Shown piece after piece: positions 27,310-36,939 of a DNA stretch of 64,000 nucleotides. How positions within the stretch are numbered: position 1 is the stretch's first letter; each line of letters starts with the position of its first letter. The notes under the pieces were generated by a model, which had not been told where the DNA came from, did no database searches, and was given only the letters and a program-made list of their open reading frames with translations. The DNA is from an uncultured Verrucomicrobiae bacterium (GTDB taxonomy: Bacteria > Verrucomicrobiota > Verrucomicrobiia > Chthoniobacterales > JAFAMB01). The stretch covers positions 756,442-820,441 of the forward strand of contig CAWDQF010000007.1 in the NCBI GenBank assembly GCA_963804425.1. Direction: 5' to 3'. Position numbers and translations under genes: made by a program.

Positions 27310-28254
27310 ATGGTTGCATTGAAAGAGGGGTACGACCTTGCCTCTGAAGTCAAAAACCTCAAGATCGATCGAAGAGCGGTCATTCTGGCGCATAACTATC
27401 AGGTGCCCGAAATTCAGGATGTTGCCGATTACGTCGGCGATTCGCTCGGACTCAGTTATCGGGCGAAAGAGGCCGATGCGGATGTGATCGTTTTCTGCGG
27501 CGTGCATTTTATGGCTGAGACCGCCAAGATCATCAACCCGACGAAGAAGGTAATTTTGCCGGACCTGGAGGCCGGCTGCTCGCTCGCAGATTCCTGTCCA
27601 GCCGATCAGTTAGAAGCGTTCTTGCGAGCGCACTCGGATAAGAACTACTATGTCATCGCCTACATAAACTGCAGCGCCGGAGTGAAGGCTCTTTCGGACA
27701 TTATCTGTACTAGCGGCAACGCAGTAAAAGTGGTCGAGAACGCTCCGTCGGATCGAAATATTCTCTTCGTTCCTGATCAAAATCTGGGTTCCTGGGTCAT
27801 GGAAAAGACTGGGAGAAAAATGGACCTATGGCGGGGCGCTTGCTATGTGCACGTCGAGTTTACCCAAAACAGCATTAATGCGATCCGCGAAACTTATCCG
27901 GACGCGCCGGTCGTTGCTCACCCTGAGTGTACCTATGCGGTTCGGATGCTGGCCGATGAGGTTTGTTCCACGGAAAGGATGGTGAGCTTCTGCCGATCCT
28001 CCCATGCGGATACATTCATCATCGTTACCGAGTCTGGGATGCTCCATCGTCTCAAAAAGGAAGTTCCTGATAAGATCTTTATTCCTGGTCCGACGGATAA
28101 TTGCTCCTGTGCCGACTGCCGGTATATGAAGCGGAACACTCTGCAAAAACTTCGAGATGCCTTGGATTTTCTCCAACCGGAGATCGAAGTCCCGGAGACG
28201 GTTCGGCGGCGGGCCGTATTGCCAATAGAAAGAATGCTGGATTTGAGCCGGTGA
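27310..28254 (+). CDS. nadA: quinolinate synthase
   Basis: ..ILAHNYQVPEIQDVADYVGDSL.. FCGVHFMAETAKI.. YINCSA..K..SDIICTSGNA.. AHPEC.. is the full-length NadA pattern. Confidence 0.9.
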   Translation: MVALKEGYDLASEVKNLKIDRRAVILAHNYQVPEIQDVADYVGDSLGLSYRAKEADADVIVFCGVHFMAETAKIINPTKKVILPDLEAGCSLADSCPADQLEAFLRAHSDKNYYVIAYINCSAGVKALSDIICTSGNAVKVVENAPSDRNILFVPDQNLGSWVMEKTGRKMDLWRGACYVHVEFTQNSINAIRETYPDAPVVAHPECTYAVRMLADEVCSTERMVSFCRSSHADTFIIVTESGMLHRLKKEVPDKIFIPGPTDNCSCADCRYMKRNTLQKLRDALDFLQPEIEVPETVRRRAVLPIERMLDLSR

Positions 28255-29435
28255 ATCAAGAAGGTGCGTTGGTGATCGGGGCTGGGCCGGCGGGTTTGAG
28301 AACAGCTGAGATTTTGGCTACCGCTGGAATTCAGACCCGCATCTTTGAACAAAAACCTTCCTTGGGCCGCAAATTCCTGGTTGCCGGCAGGGGTGGCCTG
28401 AATATCACCCATTCGGAAGCACACGACCTTTTCGTCACTCGATATGATGCACCCGAGAGATGGGAGCGTCTGCTCAAATCCTTTCGACCGGAAGAACTTC
28501 GGGCCTGGTTCGAGGAGCTGGGAGTTCCGACCTTTGTCGGAACCAGCGGAAGAGTATTTCCAAAAACGCGGCGCGCTCCCGAAATCCTGGAGCGATGGTT
28601 AGAGCGGCTTTACCAACTCGGCTGCGAAATTAGGACTGGATACAAATTTCATCATCTCCTCGGACAGCGTCCATTTGATGTCGTCTTTCAGAAGGGCAAT
28701 GAATTTGCCTTGGAAACCGGCAGAGTCGTCATCTTCGCGCTAGGAGGAGCTTCCTGGCCCCAAACTGGATCAGACGCGACCTGGGTGGAGCAGTTTACCT
28801 CGATGGATATCTCCGTAACTCCGTTCACTCCGTCGAACGTTGGCTGGGAATGTTCCTGGTCCCCGGAGTTCCTGACAATTGCCGATGGTAAACCTCTCAA
28901 GAACGTCGCGGCCACCTGCGCAGGTAGAACCGTTCGGGGCGAATTATTGATCAGCCGCTACGGATTGGAGGGCGGAGTTATTTATCAGCTGACGCGTGAG
29001 TTACGGCAGGATCACAGAGTCGAGATCGATCTCAAACCAGATCTGGCCGAGACGGAACTGCGTCGGCGCTGGCGCGACAGCGACTCTCTAAAGGAGTCCG
29101 CTGCGAAAAGTTGGCGATTAAGCGCTGCAGCGATCGCTTTGCTGGAAGAAAAGAAATGTTTTAGCGACTTTCGGACATTGCTGGCCAACGTGAAGAAATG
29201 CGAAGTGAAGCTCGTGGCGCCACGGCCAGTCGAGGAAGCGATCTCTTCGGCAGGTGGAGTTGCGTGGGACGAACTCAACGAAGACCTGATGCTAAAAAAA
29301 TATCCCGGAATGTTTTGTGCCGGTGAGATGATTGATTGGGATGCTCCGACCGGGGGATATTTGTTGCAAGGTTGTTTTGTGACCGGGACGATAGCCGGGC
29401 AAGGCGCCCTGAAGTGGATTGCGCGGGATCGTTAA
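28251..29435 (+). CDS. HI0933/BaiN-like NAD(P)/FAD-dependent flavoprotein (TIGR03862-like)
   Basis: GTG 28251 overlaps the nadA stop codon (GTGA). VIGAGPAGLRTAEILATAG dinucleotide fold, then KPSLGRKFLVAGRGGLNITHSE. The track's 28101 start lies inside nadA. Confidence 0.8.
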   Translation: MNQEGALVIGAGPAGLRTAEILATAGIQTRIFEQKPSLGRKFLVAGRGGLNITHSEAHDLFVTRYDAPERWERLLKSFRPEELRAWFEELGVPTFVGTSGRVFPKTRRAPEILERWLERLYQLGCEIRTGYKFHHLLGQRPFDVVFQKGNEFALETGRVVIFALGGASWPQTGSDATWVEQFTSMDISVTPFTPSNVGWECSWSPEFLTIADGKPLKNVAATCAGRTVRGELLISRYGLEGGVIYQLTRELRQDHRVEIDLKPDLAETELRRRWRDSDSLKESAAKSWRLSAAAIALLEEKKCFSDFRTLLANVKKCEVKLVAPRPVEEAISSAGGVAWDELNEDLMLKKYPGMFCAGEMIDWDAPTGGYLLQGCFVTGTIAGQGALKWIARDR

Positions 29436-29458
29436 GCGTGACAGCTTGCTTTCCGTTT

Positions 29459-29944
29459 ATGGAACTTCAGATTGGTCATCCGGCTCCGAGCTTTCAAGCA
29501 ATTGCAGTCGGAGGTATTTATGGTGCTGGCCAGCCAGTGAAGCTGGCTGATTTCAAAGGGTCGACCTTGGTGCTTTATTTTTATCCAAAGGACGACACCC
29601 CGGGATGCACTCAGCAAGCGTGCGACATTCGCGACACCTGGGCCGATATTCAATCAAAGGCAGAATTGTTCGGAGTGAGCGTCGACAGTGTCGAGAGCCA
29701 TCAAAAATTCATTAAGAAACACGGGCTCCCTTTCCCCCTCTTGAGCGACTCCGAAAAAGCGTTGGTCAAGGCTTACCATGTGTGGGCGGAGAAGAGCATG
29801 TATGGGAAGAAATATTTTGGCGCCGAAAGAACTACCTTCATCATTGGGCCCGATCAGCGCGTGACTCATATCCTGAAAAAGGTGAAACCTTCGGAGCACG
29901 TGAAATCGCTTCGCCAGGCATTGTTTGTCGGAGAAACGGTGTGA
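29459..29944 (+). CDS. bcp: thioredoxin-dependent peroxiredoxin (Bcp-type)
   Basis: MELQIGHPAPSF.. LVLYFYPKDDTPGCTQQAC peroxidatic-Cys motif. The track's start at 29336 overlaps the upstream gene. Confidence 0.85.
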   Translation: MELQIGHPAPSFQAIAVGGIYGAGQPVKLADFKGSTLVLYFYPKDDTPGCTQQACDIRDTWADIQSKAELFGVSVDSVESHQKFIKKHGLPFPLLSDSEKALVKAYHVWAEKSMYGKKYFGAERTTFIIGPDQRVTHILKKVKPSEHVKSLRQALFVGETV

Positions 29945-30105
29945 CCTCCGAAACTCCGCGAGCCAGGGGATCTTTCGGTTTTACAAAAGGAGAAGCTCGT
30001 AGGCGATTCTCTGGCTGTGAGCGTCCCAAACCAGTCGGGCCAGGCAAGTCTGTTTAGGACGCCTTTCTCCGGCATTCGCGCGGTCGAACTCAGAGACTTT
30101 GAGAA

Positions 30106-31296
30106 ATGAATCAACAGACGCTACTCGGCATTTACGAAAAGATCGAAGCGCTGATTTCTCGTCTGCCGGGTCCTTTGCAGAACGCGATCTTGCAGGAGTT
30201 ACGCCCGATCAAACAGATCTTTCTGACGCAGCGGCCGGCCCGTCTAACGTTGCTCGGCGAGGCAAGCGCGAATGCTTCCGCTCTAGTATCAGCGTTGCTT
30301 GGCTCGGAGCTGGCGTTGATTGCTCCGCAAACCGACCCCGGCTGGATTAACTATGAGCAACGACTGAAAGGCGGCTTTCGCATTATCGATGCTCGCCGTT
30401 TAAATCAGACGACCTTGTCTTGGAGCGATTTGGCGAACGCCTTGTCAGAAGAAGGCCCCGACCTAGCCTTGTTCCTGGTTAGCGGGACTGCCTCGGCGGA
30501 TCTCGGCTTCGAGTGCGAGCAGGCTACTCGAGTGCTCGGTTTCCTGCATCAGCGATTCCAGAAGCGAGTGCCATTGATCGGAGTAGTCGATCTGCCCGCC
30601 GGCACCGATCCCGCGCTAATCGAAAAACGGAGGATGGAGTTACAAGCCTGGCTAAGCGGTCAGGCGAGTCTGGCTTCTCACTTCGTCCGCGTGACCGCGG
30701 TCTCTTCGTTTGTACGCTTTCGGCTAGATGGCTCGCTTGATTCAGAGCGGGACGAACGTCGTAATATTCGTGATCTGGCCGATCTCATCAGTCGCGAGCT
30801 TCCTGATGACGCTCAGGTCGAGATGGCTCGGCTCTTTGGCGCCAAACAGGTGCAGAAAGACCTCGCGAATCGGTTGGTCCGGTCCGTGACCGCGATGTCC
30901 GCTGCAATTGGAGCACAGCCGATCCCTCTCGCCGATTTTCCGGTATTGACGACACTGCAATTCATGATGGTAGCCGGCGTCATGCACATTAGCGGTCGAG
31001 AACTGAGCCTAAAAGCAGCCGGCGAATTTCTGGGCGCGCTCGGCATGAATATTGGTGTGGGGATGGCTTTTCGCGAGGGTGCGCGAGCGGCCCTAAAATT
31101 CCTTCCGGGATGGGGAAATGCAATTTCCGGAGGGGTAGCAGCAGCGGGTACCTATGGCATTGGTCGAGCCGCGTGCGCTTATTTCATCGACGGAATTTCG
31201 CTGGCTGACGTCCGCAAATTGCTCCGGCGAAAAAAACGGAGCAGATCCCAGCAGCTAGAGAGCGAGAAAAAAAGTCAAGACCATTCCGGCAAATAG
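30106..31296 (+). CDS. DUF697-type membrane-associated protein with a degenerate (pseudo-)GTPase N-domain
   Basis: The position of the G1 P-loop reads LLGEASANASALVSALLG (no GK[ST]). The C-terminal part, PIPLADFPVLTTLQFMMVAGVMHISG..GVGMAF.., resembles DUF697 (YcjF-like). Confidence 0.55.
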   Translation: MNQQTLLGIYEKIEALISRLPGPLQNAILQELRPIKQIFLTQRPARLTLLGEASANASALVSALLGSELALIAPQTDPGWINYEQRLKGGFRIIDARRLNQTTLSWSDLANALSEEGPDLALFLVSGTASADLGFECEQATRVLGFLHQRFQKRVPLIGVVDLPAGTDPALIEKRRMELQAWLSGQASLASHFVRVTAVSSFVRFRLDGSLDSERDERRNIRDLADLISRELPDDAQVEMARLFGAKQVQKDLANRLVRSVTAMSAAIGAQPIPLADFPVLTTLQFMMVAGVMHISGRELSLKAAGEFLGALGMNIGVGMAFREGARAALKFLPGWGNAISGGVAAAGTYGIGRAACAYFIDGISLADVRKLLRRKKRSRSQQLESEKKSQDHSGK

Positions 31297-31377
31297 ATGC
31301 TGTGAATAACTTGTTCAAAACTGCGAGTTTGTTGAGAAAAACCTGCTAGCAAGTGACATCTGCCGCGGGCTCGGATA

Positions 31378-32712
31378 GTGAACATCACGAACATCATGTC
31401 AACTCTGGAGCAGCTTGGAGCTTCTCCACGTAAGTCGCTGGGGCAGAATTTCTTACATGATGGAAATATGGCCAAATGGATCGTTGGTCGACTGGCCATT
31501 GAACCGCGGGACCATGTGGTTGAAATCGGTCCTGGCCTAGGTGCACTCACGGCAAATTTTGCCCAAATGGGGGTGTCGGCAACTCTGCTGGAAAAAGATA
31601 AACTCTTTGCGGAATTCATTGAGAGCACTTTTTCCGGAGACCAGATCCGAGTGGTGAGAGGGGACGCGCTCGAGTGCGATGTGCGAGATTTTTTCCCTCT
31701 TGGGATAGTTAAAGTGGTCGGGAATCTCCCGTATTATGTATCGACGCCGATCCTTTTTCACTTTACTGCCGATCCATGCCCTTTCGAGCGGCTGGTTTTC
31801 ACAGTGCAGAGAGAGGTTGCAGAGCGCTTAGTGGCTTCGCCTCAAACCAAGGAGTACGGGGCAATCAGTGTGCTGTTCCAGGCGAAGTGGAATATTGCCC
31901 GTCTCCGAGTCCTCGCTCCTTCGCTCTTTTTCCCACGGCCCCGAGTGGATTCTGCGGTGATCCGACTGTTGCGCCGGACGGGAGAGGAATCCCCTGAAAT
32001 CAATTGGTCGCAGTTCAGTCGTTTGGTAAAAGCTGGCTTTGCGGAACGGAGAAAACAGCTGCGAAAAAATCTGAGCAAGCTTCTTCCGATCGATATGATC
32101 GACGAAGCACTCGCTGCCACCGGCCTGAGCATGGCTTGTCGGGCAGAGGAACTCTCTCAGAAAAAATGGGTTGAACTGACTCGCCGAATTACGCCTCCTC
32201 CCACGGAAGGGTCTGATACGACGGAGAATCTGATGTTGGTGGACGAACGCGATCGCCCGATCGGAGCTGAGGAACGCCAAATCATCCATGACCAGGGTCT
32301 GCGGCATCGGGCAGTGCACCTGTTCATTCTCAATCGCAACGACGAGCTATTCTTGCAGAAGCGCTCTTGGCGCAAAGATTGCTACCCTGGTCGGTGGGAT
32401 TCCAGTGCTGCCGGCCATGTGGCTGCGGGCGAATCGTACGATGCCTGTGCCCGCAGAGAGTTGTCGGAAGAGCTGGGCATCTCCGTTGCGCTCGATCGGA
32501 TCGGAAGCGTCTCCGCGTCCGAAAAAACGGGGCAGGAATTCATATCGATTTATCGAGGCAGCCACGGGGATGCGATCGAAAGCAATCCTCTGGAAATCGA
32601 GATGGGCGGCTTTTTTCGACTTGCGACAATCGATGTCTGGACGCAACGTCGGCCGGATGACTTTGCGCCGGGATTCCTGGAGTGCTATCGATCGGTCCGT
32701 GCAAGTCTGTAA
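31378..32712 (+). CDS. rsmA: 16S rRNA (adenine1518/1519-N6)-dimethyltransferase fused to a C-terminal Nudix hydrolase domain
   Basis: RsmA motifs LGQNFL, VVEIGPGLGALT, VGNLPYYVSTPI. After residue 280 or so, a complete Nudix box: GHVAAGESYDACARRELSEELGI. The start may be GTG 31378 or ATG 31396. Confidence 0.85.
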   Translation: MNITNIMSTLEQLGASPRKSLGQNFLHDGNMAKWIVGRLAIEPRDHVVEIGPGLGALTANFAQMGVSATLLEKDKLFAEFIESTFSGDQIRVVRGDALECDVRDFFPLGIVKVVGNLPYYVSTPILFHFTADPCPFERLVFTVQREVAERLVASPQTKEYGAISVLFQAKWNIARLRVLAPSLFFPRPRVDSAVIRLLRRTGEESPEINWSQFSRLVKAGFAERRKQLRKNLSKLLPIDMIDEALAATGLSMACRAEELSQKKWVELTRRITPPPTEGSDTTENLMLVDERDRPIGAEERQIIHDQGLRHRAVHLFILNRNDELFLQKRSWRKDCYPGRWDSSAAGHVAAGESYDACARRELSEELGISVALDRIGSVSASEKTGQEFISIYRGSHGDAIESNPLEIEMGGFFRLATIDVWTQRRPDDFAPGFLECYRSVRASL

Positions 32713-32765
32713 GAGGGAATTCTGTACCTGAGAATGTCGGAGGAGTTGGATCGCCCACTCAGTCT

Positions 32766-33353
32766 TCAGGCATTTCCCCGGGGGGCCGTCAATTCTGATT
32801 TCAGCAGGCTGTAGACCTCCAAATCGACAAACCGATCTCCAAGCCATTCCGCTTCGCGAAGGATTCCTTCGTGGCGACATCCCAAACGAAGGCATATCGC
32901 GCGACTGGCATGGTTGTCAGGGGCTACGCGGATCTCAATCCGGTTGAGATTCAGATACTGGAAGCCAAACTGTATCAAAGCTCGGACAGCACCGGTCATG
33001 TATCCATGTCCGGTGTGGGCTTGCGATAGCCAGTAGCCAACCGTGCCAGCGCGGTGAAAATGATCGATCCCATTAAACGCGATGACTCCAACAATTTCGT
33101 TCCTGAGTGTGATCGCACAGTGGACCGCCCGCAGCGACTCCTGTTCTTCCATGGCATGGCGGATGAATAGAGAAGAATCATTAGCGTTCCGCGTAGCGTC
33201 GACCCAAGGTAACCATCGCAACAGATGTGCGCGGTTGCGATCGGTAACAGCAAAAAGCTCTGCTGCATCCTGTTCTTGGAGTGGACGAAGGAGAAGATCC
33301 GGGAACTCGGTCGGATACGGCCATGGACCGGACGGAGCTTTGGTTGCGGGCAT
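32766..33353 (-). CDS. GNAT family N-acetyltransferase (RimJ/RimL-like)
   Basis: LLLRPLQEQDAAELFAV.. GYWLSQAHTGHGYMTGAVRALIQFGF..L.LNRIEIRVAPDNHASRAICLRLGCRHEGILR. The likely start is M42 of the track ORF. Confidence 0.8.
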   Translation of the reverse strand: MPATKAPSGPWPYPTEFPDLLLRPLQEQDAAELFAVTDRNRAHLLRWLPWVDATRNANDSSLFIRHAMEEQESLRAVHCAITLRNEIVGVIAFNGIDHFHRAGTVGYWLSQAHTGHGYMTGAVRALIQFGFQYLNLNRIEIRVAPDNHASRAICLRLGCRHEGILREAEWLGDRFVDLEVYSLLKSELTAPRGNA

Positions 33354-33609
33354 CACAATTAGGTAAATGTAGCCAAAGAAAGGTGTTTGTTTTTTGCCGG
33401 AAGCAAAGGGTTTCCGAAACGAATTTTCTGTCGGTTGCGCTGTACGCAACCAGGGATACACCTGGTTGATCTTCAAAACCGGAGACTCATTCTAGATTCG
33501 AGCGATTTTGAGCCGCGACCCATCTTGGTGTCTATATGCTTTGGGTGGATCTTGATCCGCGAGAATATCCACTCTGTGATTGGGTGAAGCGCAGCCAGGG
33601 CGAGGCGCT

Positions 33610-34302
33610 CTAGTCTATAACTATCCCAAAATGCGTCTGGAACGCCGCTCTCCCATCTCGTGTGATGGTCACGATTCGCGAACCAACCTCTTGGTTGATC
33701 CACTTTCGCTTTCGAAAAAGATCAAGGAGCGCCGCTCCGACTGTTCCAGCGACGTGAAACTTGCGCTCGGTCCAATCTAAACACTTGCGTACAAGCGACC
33801 GTTTGTGGTTGGCGCGCAGAGGAGCCAGATCAATCCCGAGTTTTTCCAACCAGCGCTCCCCACGGGCGGTGAGGAAGAAGGTGTCATCTCTCATCGCCAG
33901 GAGCTGGCGTGCCAGCAAAGATTCACAAACCTGAATGGCCACTTTGCCTGCGAGATGATCGTAACAGGTGCGAGCAACGCGAATCGGTTGGATCGCGTCG
34001 TCGGGCGGAGCTTGGATTGGCCGGAGCACATTGACTAATGCGCCCATTGCTTCGAGCGCGGTCGCAACCTCGGGACCGGCCAGCCGATAGTAACGATGCC
34101 GCCCAAAACGGGTCATCGCAACCAGGCGACCTGCCAGGAGTTTGGCCAGGTGCATGCTGGCCGCCTGAGCCGAAACTTTGGCGGTGAGTGCGAGTTCAGA
34201 CGCTGGGAGATTACGGCCATCCAGCAATGCGATCAGCATTGCTGCTCTGGCCGAATCGGCAAAGAGCGCGGCGGTCGTAGCGATTGGGTATTTGCCATCC
34301 AT
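33610..34302 (-). CDS. ArsR/SmtB-type winged-helix transcriptional regulator with a C-terminal extension
   Basis: LFADSARAAMLIALLDGRNLPASELALTAKVSAQAASMHLAKLLAGRLV..GRHRYYRL. Confidence 0.75.
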   Translation of the reverse strand: MDGKYPIATTAALFADSARAAMLIALLDGRNLPASELALTAKVSAQAASMHLAKLLAGRLVAMTRFGRHRYYRLAGPEVATALEAMGALVNVLRPIQAPPDDAIQPIRVARTCYDHLAGKVAIQVCESLLARQLLAMRDDTFFLTARGERWLEKLGIDLAPLRANHKRSLVRKCLDWTERKFHVAGTVGAALLDLFRKRKWINQEVGSRIVTITRDGRAAFQTHFGIVID

Positions 34303-34410
34303 ATTTCAACGAATATTGAAGTATTAACCATGGTGGGCGCATTGCAACTGTTGGATCGTGAATCATGAACCCAACGCGAACACCAATGCTTTTGGCATCC
34401 GAGTCGAGGT

Positions 34411-34884
34411 CTAGTCGTAAAGAAATTCAATCCAATCACCGATAGAATCATATCCGGTCTCGCCTGGACGCCAGCCGAGATGGGTATAAAAGTCACATGC
34501 GTTCCGGTTGCGCTGTTGGCATTTCAATCGGGCGGGGCGGCCAATTTGAGTTAACGCGTACTCGAGCAGCGCTTTCCCGAATCCGCAACGATGTCGGTCC
34601 GGCAAAACATACAAATGGTGGATGAAATCGTCCGGAAACCAAATTCCGACGAACCCGACCACTCCATGGTTCGACTCCTCGGCAACTGCCACGGATTCTC
34701 CTTTGGTATCGACCAAAAAATCGCTGAGGCGAAACCGTTTTGCATTGATCCAGTAAAAAGCGGCCGTTCGCGCGATCTGGTAAATCTTTTGGCAGATCTC
34801 AAGGTCGAAAGTGGGATCGAAACGCCGAACCTGAATGCGAGCCCGATTGCTGGTATTCACTTCGAGCCGGCCGGAATTGCTCAT
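34411..34884 (-). CDS. GNAT family N-acetyltransferase
   Basis: ..HHLYVLPDRHRCGFGKALLEYAL.. is an acetyl-CoA binding motif. Confidence 0.75.
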   Translation of the reverse strand: MSNSGRLEVNTSNRARIQVRRFDPTFDLEICQKIYQIARTAAFYWINAKRFRLSDFLVDTKGESVAVAEESNHGVVGFVGIWFPDDFIHHLYVLPDRHRCGFGKALLEYALTQIGRPARLKCQQRNRNACDFYTHLGWRPGETGYDSIGDWIEFLYD

Positions 34885-35263
34885 TCTCCAGATTTTTCCC
34901 TGCTCTCAAAAAAGACGCAAGATTTAGTGCGCCGATTCCGCCGAATTGATGCGCGAGTCCGAGAAAAAAAGCGCAATTAAGAATGGCGACGACGTCTGCT
35001 CAGAAAAATCTCGCCGTGAAAATCATTTCCCTCCATTTCAACCGCCTTGCCTGGTGGCTGGCGATTGCACTGTTCATTTCATTCTTTCTAAGCCTCAGTA
35101 TTGGGCGAAACCTCGCCTGAGGAGCCGAAGCGTCGAAAGCGCGTGACAAACGCGAATTTTGCGATGTTGCCGAGATAAATAGACGACAGCCCTACGATCG
35201 CTTCCATCTGAGCAAGGAATTTGCACTGAGACGTGCCTTCAGGGCTAGACTCGGTGGGACTAG

Positions 35264-35290
35264 AAAACCTAGGGCGTTGCCCTAGGTTTT
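35264..35290. terminator. bidirectional rho-independent terminator hairpin
   Basis: aaaacctagggc-gtt-gccctaggtttt, 60 nt downstream of the RRM gene stop codon. Confidence 0.7.
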
Positions 35291-35349
35291 ATTGATCCGC
35301 GCCTTGGCGCGAGCGCAGCTGTCGCTGCGCATCCAAATGACGAAGCAAA

Positions 35350-35646
35350 TTAACGTCGCGGACGGCTGAAGGTATTCTGGCGAGGGCCAGAGCGTGGCCC
35401 ATCCGTCTTCGGGCGCGCTTCGTTCACCGCAACATTGCGACCGGCTAACTCTTTGCCGTCGAGCGCAGTGATTGCCGCCTGTGCCTCGGCGGCGTTACTC
35501 ATGGTAACGAACGCGAAACCGCGGGAGCGGCCAGTGGCGCGATCGGTGACCAGGCCAACTTCGGTTACCGTGCCGTACTCAGAGAACAAATCTTCCAAAT
35601 CGTTTTCCGTGGTGGTAAACGCGAGATTTCCTACAAACAATTTCAT
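35350..35646 (-). CDS. RRM-type RNA-binding protein
   Basis: RNP2 LFVGNL and RNP1 RGFAFVTM; 98 aa with a basic tail. Confidence 0.9.
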   Translation of the reverse strand: MKLFVGNLAFTTTENDLEDLFSEYGTVTEVGLVTDRATGRSRGFAFVTMSNAAEAQAAITALDGKELAGRNVAVNEARPKTDGPRSGPRQNTFSRPRR

Positions 35647-35952
35647 AACAATTGAGAACGAATGTCAGTGTCAGAGCCGTACCCGCCTATCGGGCTTCAA
35701 ATCACCACTGAGTATTCTCAACTGACGATCTTCCGTGCTTCGAACCAAAACAAACGAGCAGCATTTAATCGGGGATAAACGGGTTTCATGCAACCGAAAA
35801 GTCGGGGAAAGGCAGATGCTCCAGAGAGACAAGTTCGCGAAGTAGAAGAAGTTCAAGGAGTTATGGTCGCGATGAGAACTATTTGAGGCGGAGGATAGGG
35901 CGCAGAAGAAATTATTTTGAATACGCCCGGACAAAAGCTCGTCTCACGACGA

Positions 35953-36429
35953 ATGACTATGAAAGCGAAATTCCTGGTTATAGCTGCAACCGTAGGATTG
36001 GGTGGCATGGTAGCGGCTTTGGCAGACGACGTTCAATTTGTCACACTGCCAGAGACAGTCAGAACCGCTGTGATTCGTGAGACTCGAATCCCTGACGTGT
36101 CACGAGTGACCCGGGTCGTGCGAGATGAAAATGGTTTGTACGAGGTCACTGTCCGTCGCGAATCAGATAACGACGTGGTTTACGTAGATCCCTACGGGCG
36201 GGTCATTCGTCAACAAACCTTTGCACTCACCCAACCAGTGGGAGTAAACAGACAACAGGTTGTCACCGAGACGGTCACGGAAGAAACTGAAGCTCCGACC
36301 GTCGATACCTTTGTTCGTTCGCTCGATACGAATCGATTCCAGCTGATCGAGAAGAAGGGAAACAAAGAGGTGTACGTTGACCGAAGAACGGGCAAGAAAT
36401 GGACCGTGAAGGTCGATAGCGACGATTAG
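35953..36429 (+). CDS. secreted hypothetical protein
   Basis: Signal peptide MTMKAKFLVIAATVGLGGMVAALA; no firm domain call. Confidence 0.5.
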   Translation: MTMKAKFLVIAATVGLGGMVAALADDVQFVTLPETVRTAVIRETRIPDVSRVTRVVRDENGLYEVTVRRESDNDVVYVDPYGRVIRQQTFALTQPVGVNRQQVVTETVTEETEAPTVDTFVRSLDTNRFQLIEKKGNKEVYVDRRTGKKWTVKVDSDD

Positions 36430-36460
36430 GCTGAAAGAATTTTCAACACTCTGGCCAAGA

Positions 36461-36488
36461 GGCGGATGATGTGTCCGCCTTTTCTTTT
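36461..36488 (+). terminator. rho-independent terminator
   Basis: ggcgga-tgatgtg-tccgcc followed by ttttctttt. Confidence 0.75.
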
Positions 36489-36631
36489 AGGGATTCTGTA
36501 AGGAGTTCGAGAGGCGCCGACCTTGGCCGTTTGAATCATCCCTGACCGGGAGGGCGCACCTCCTCGGCTATTGGTCATCCATTTCTGAACTCCTCCCTTG
36601 CGCGGGCCTACCCATGTACGGAAATTCGCGC

Positions 36632-36937
36632 ATGTTCATCGTTCATGTTTTTGTCCAGGTAAAACCGGAGTGCGTGGACGCTTTCCGCGAGGCAACTGTC
36701 GAAAACGCTCGCAACAGCATTGAGGAGGAGGGGGTTGTACGGTTCGACTTTATTCAGCAGCGGGACGATCCGACGCAGTTTGTGCTCGTAGAGGTCTACC
36801 GGACCGAAGCAGACACCACGTCTCATAAGCGGACGGCTCACTACGCGAAATGGCAGGTAACAGTGGAAAATCTGCTAACCCAGCCACGGTCACGGATCTT
36901 TTACCAAAACATTTTCCCGGAAGACCGCGATTGGTAG
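36632..36937 (+). CDS. antibiotic-biosynthesis-monooxygenase (ABM) family protein
   Basis: MFIVHVFVQVKPECVDAFREATVENARNSIEEEGVVRFDFIQ..DPTQFVLVEVYRTEADTTSHK.T.HY..W. Confidence 0.75.
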   Translation: MFIVHVFVQVKPECVDAFREATVENARNSIEEEGVVRFDFIQQRDDPTQFVLVEVYRTEADTTSHKRTAHYAKWQVTVENLLTQPRSRIFYQNIFPEDRDW

Positions 36938-36939
36938 AT

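Noticed and set aside
28101-28250. N-terminal 50-aa extension of the flavoprotein ORF, and similar extensions at 29336, 36850, 45790, 48042..50681, 33476 and 10731.
   Set aside because: The extensions overlap upstream genes or lack homology. Internal starts with SD sequences or ATGA/GTGA coupling fit better.
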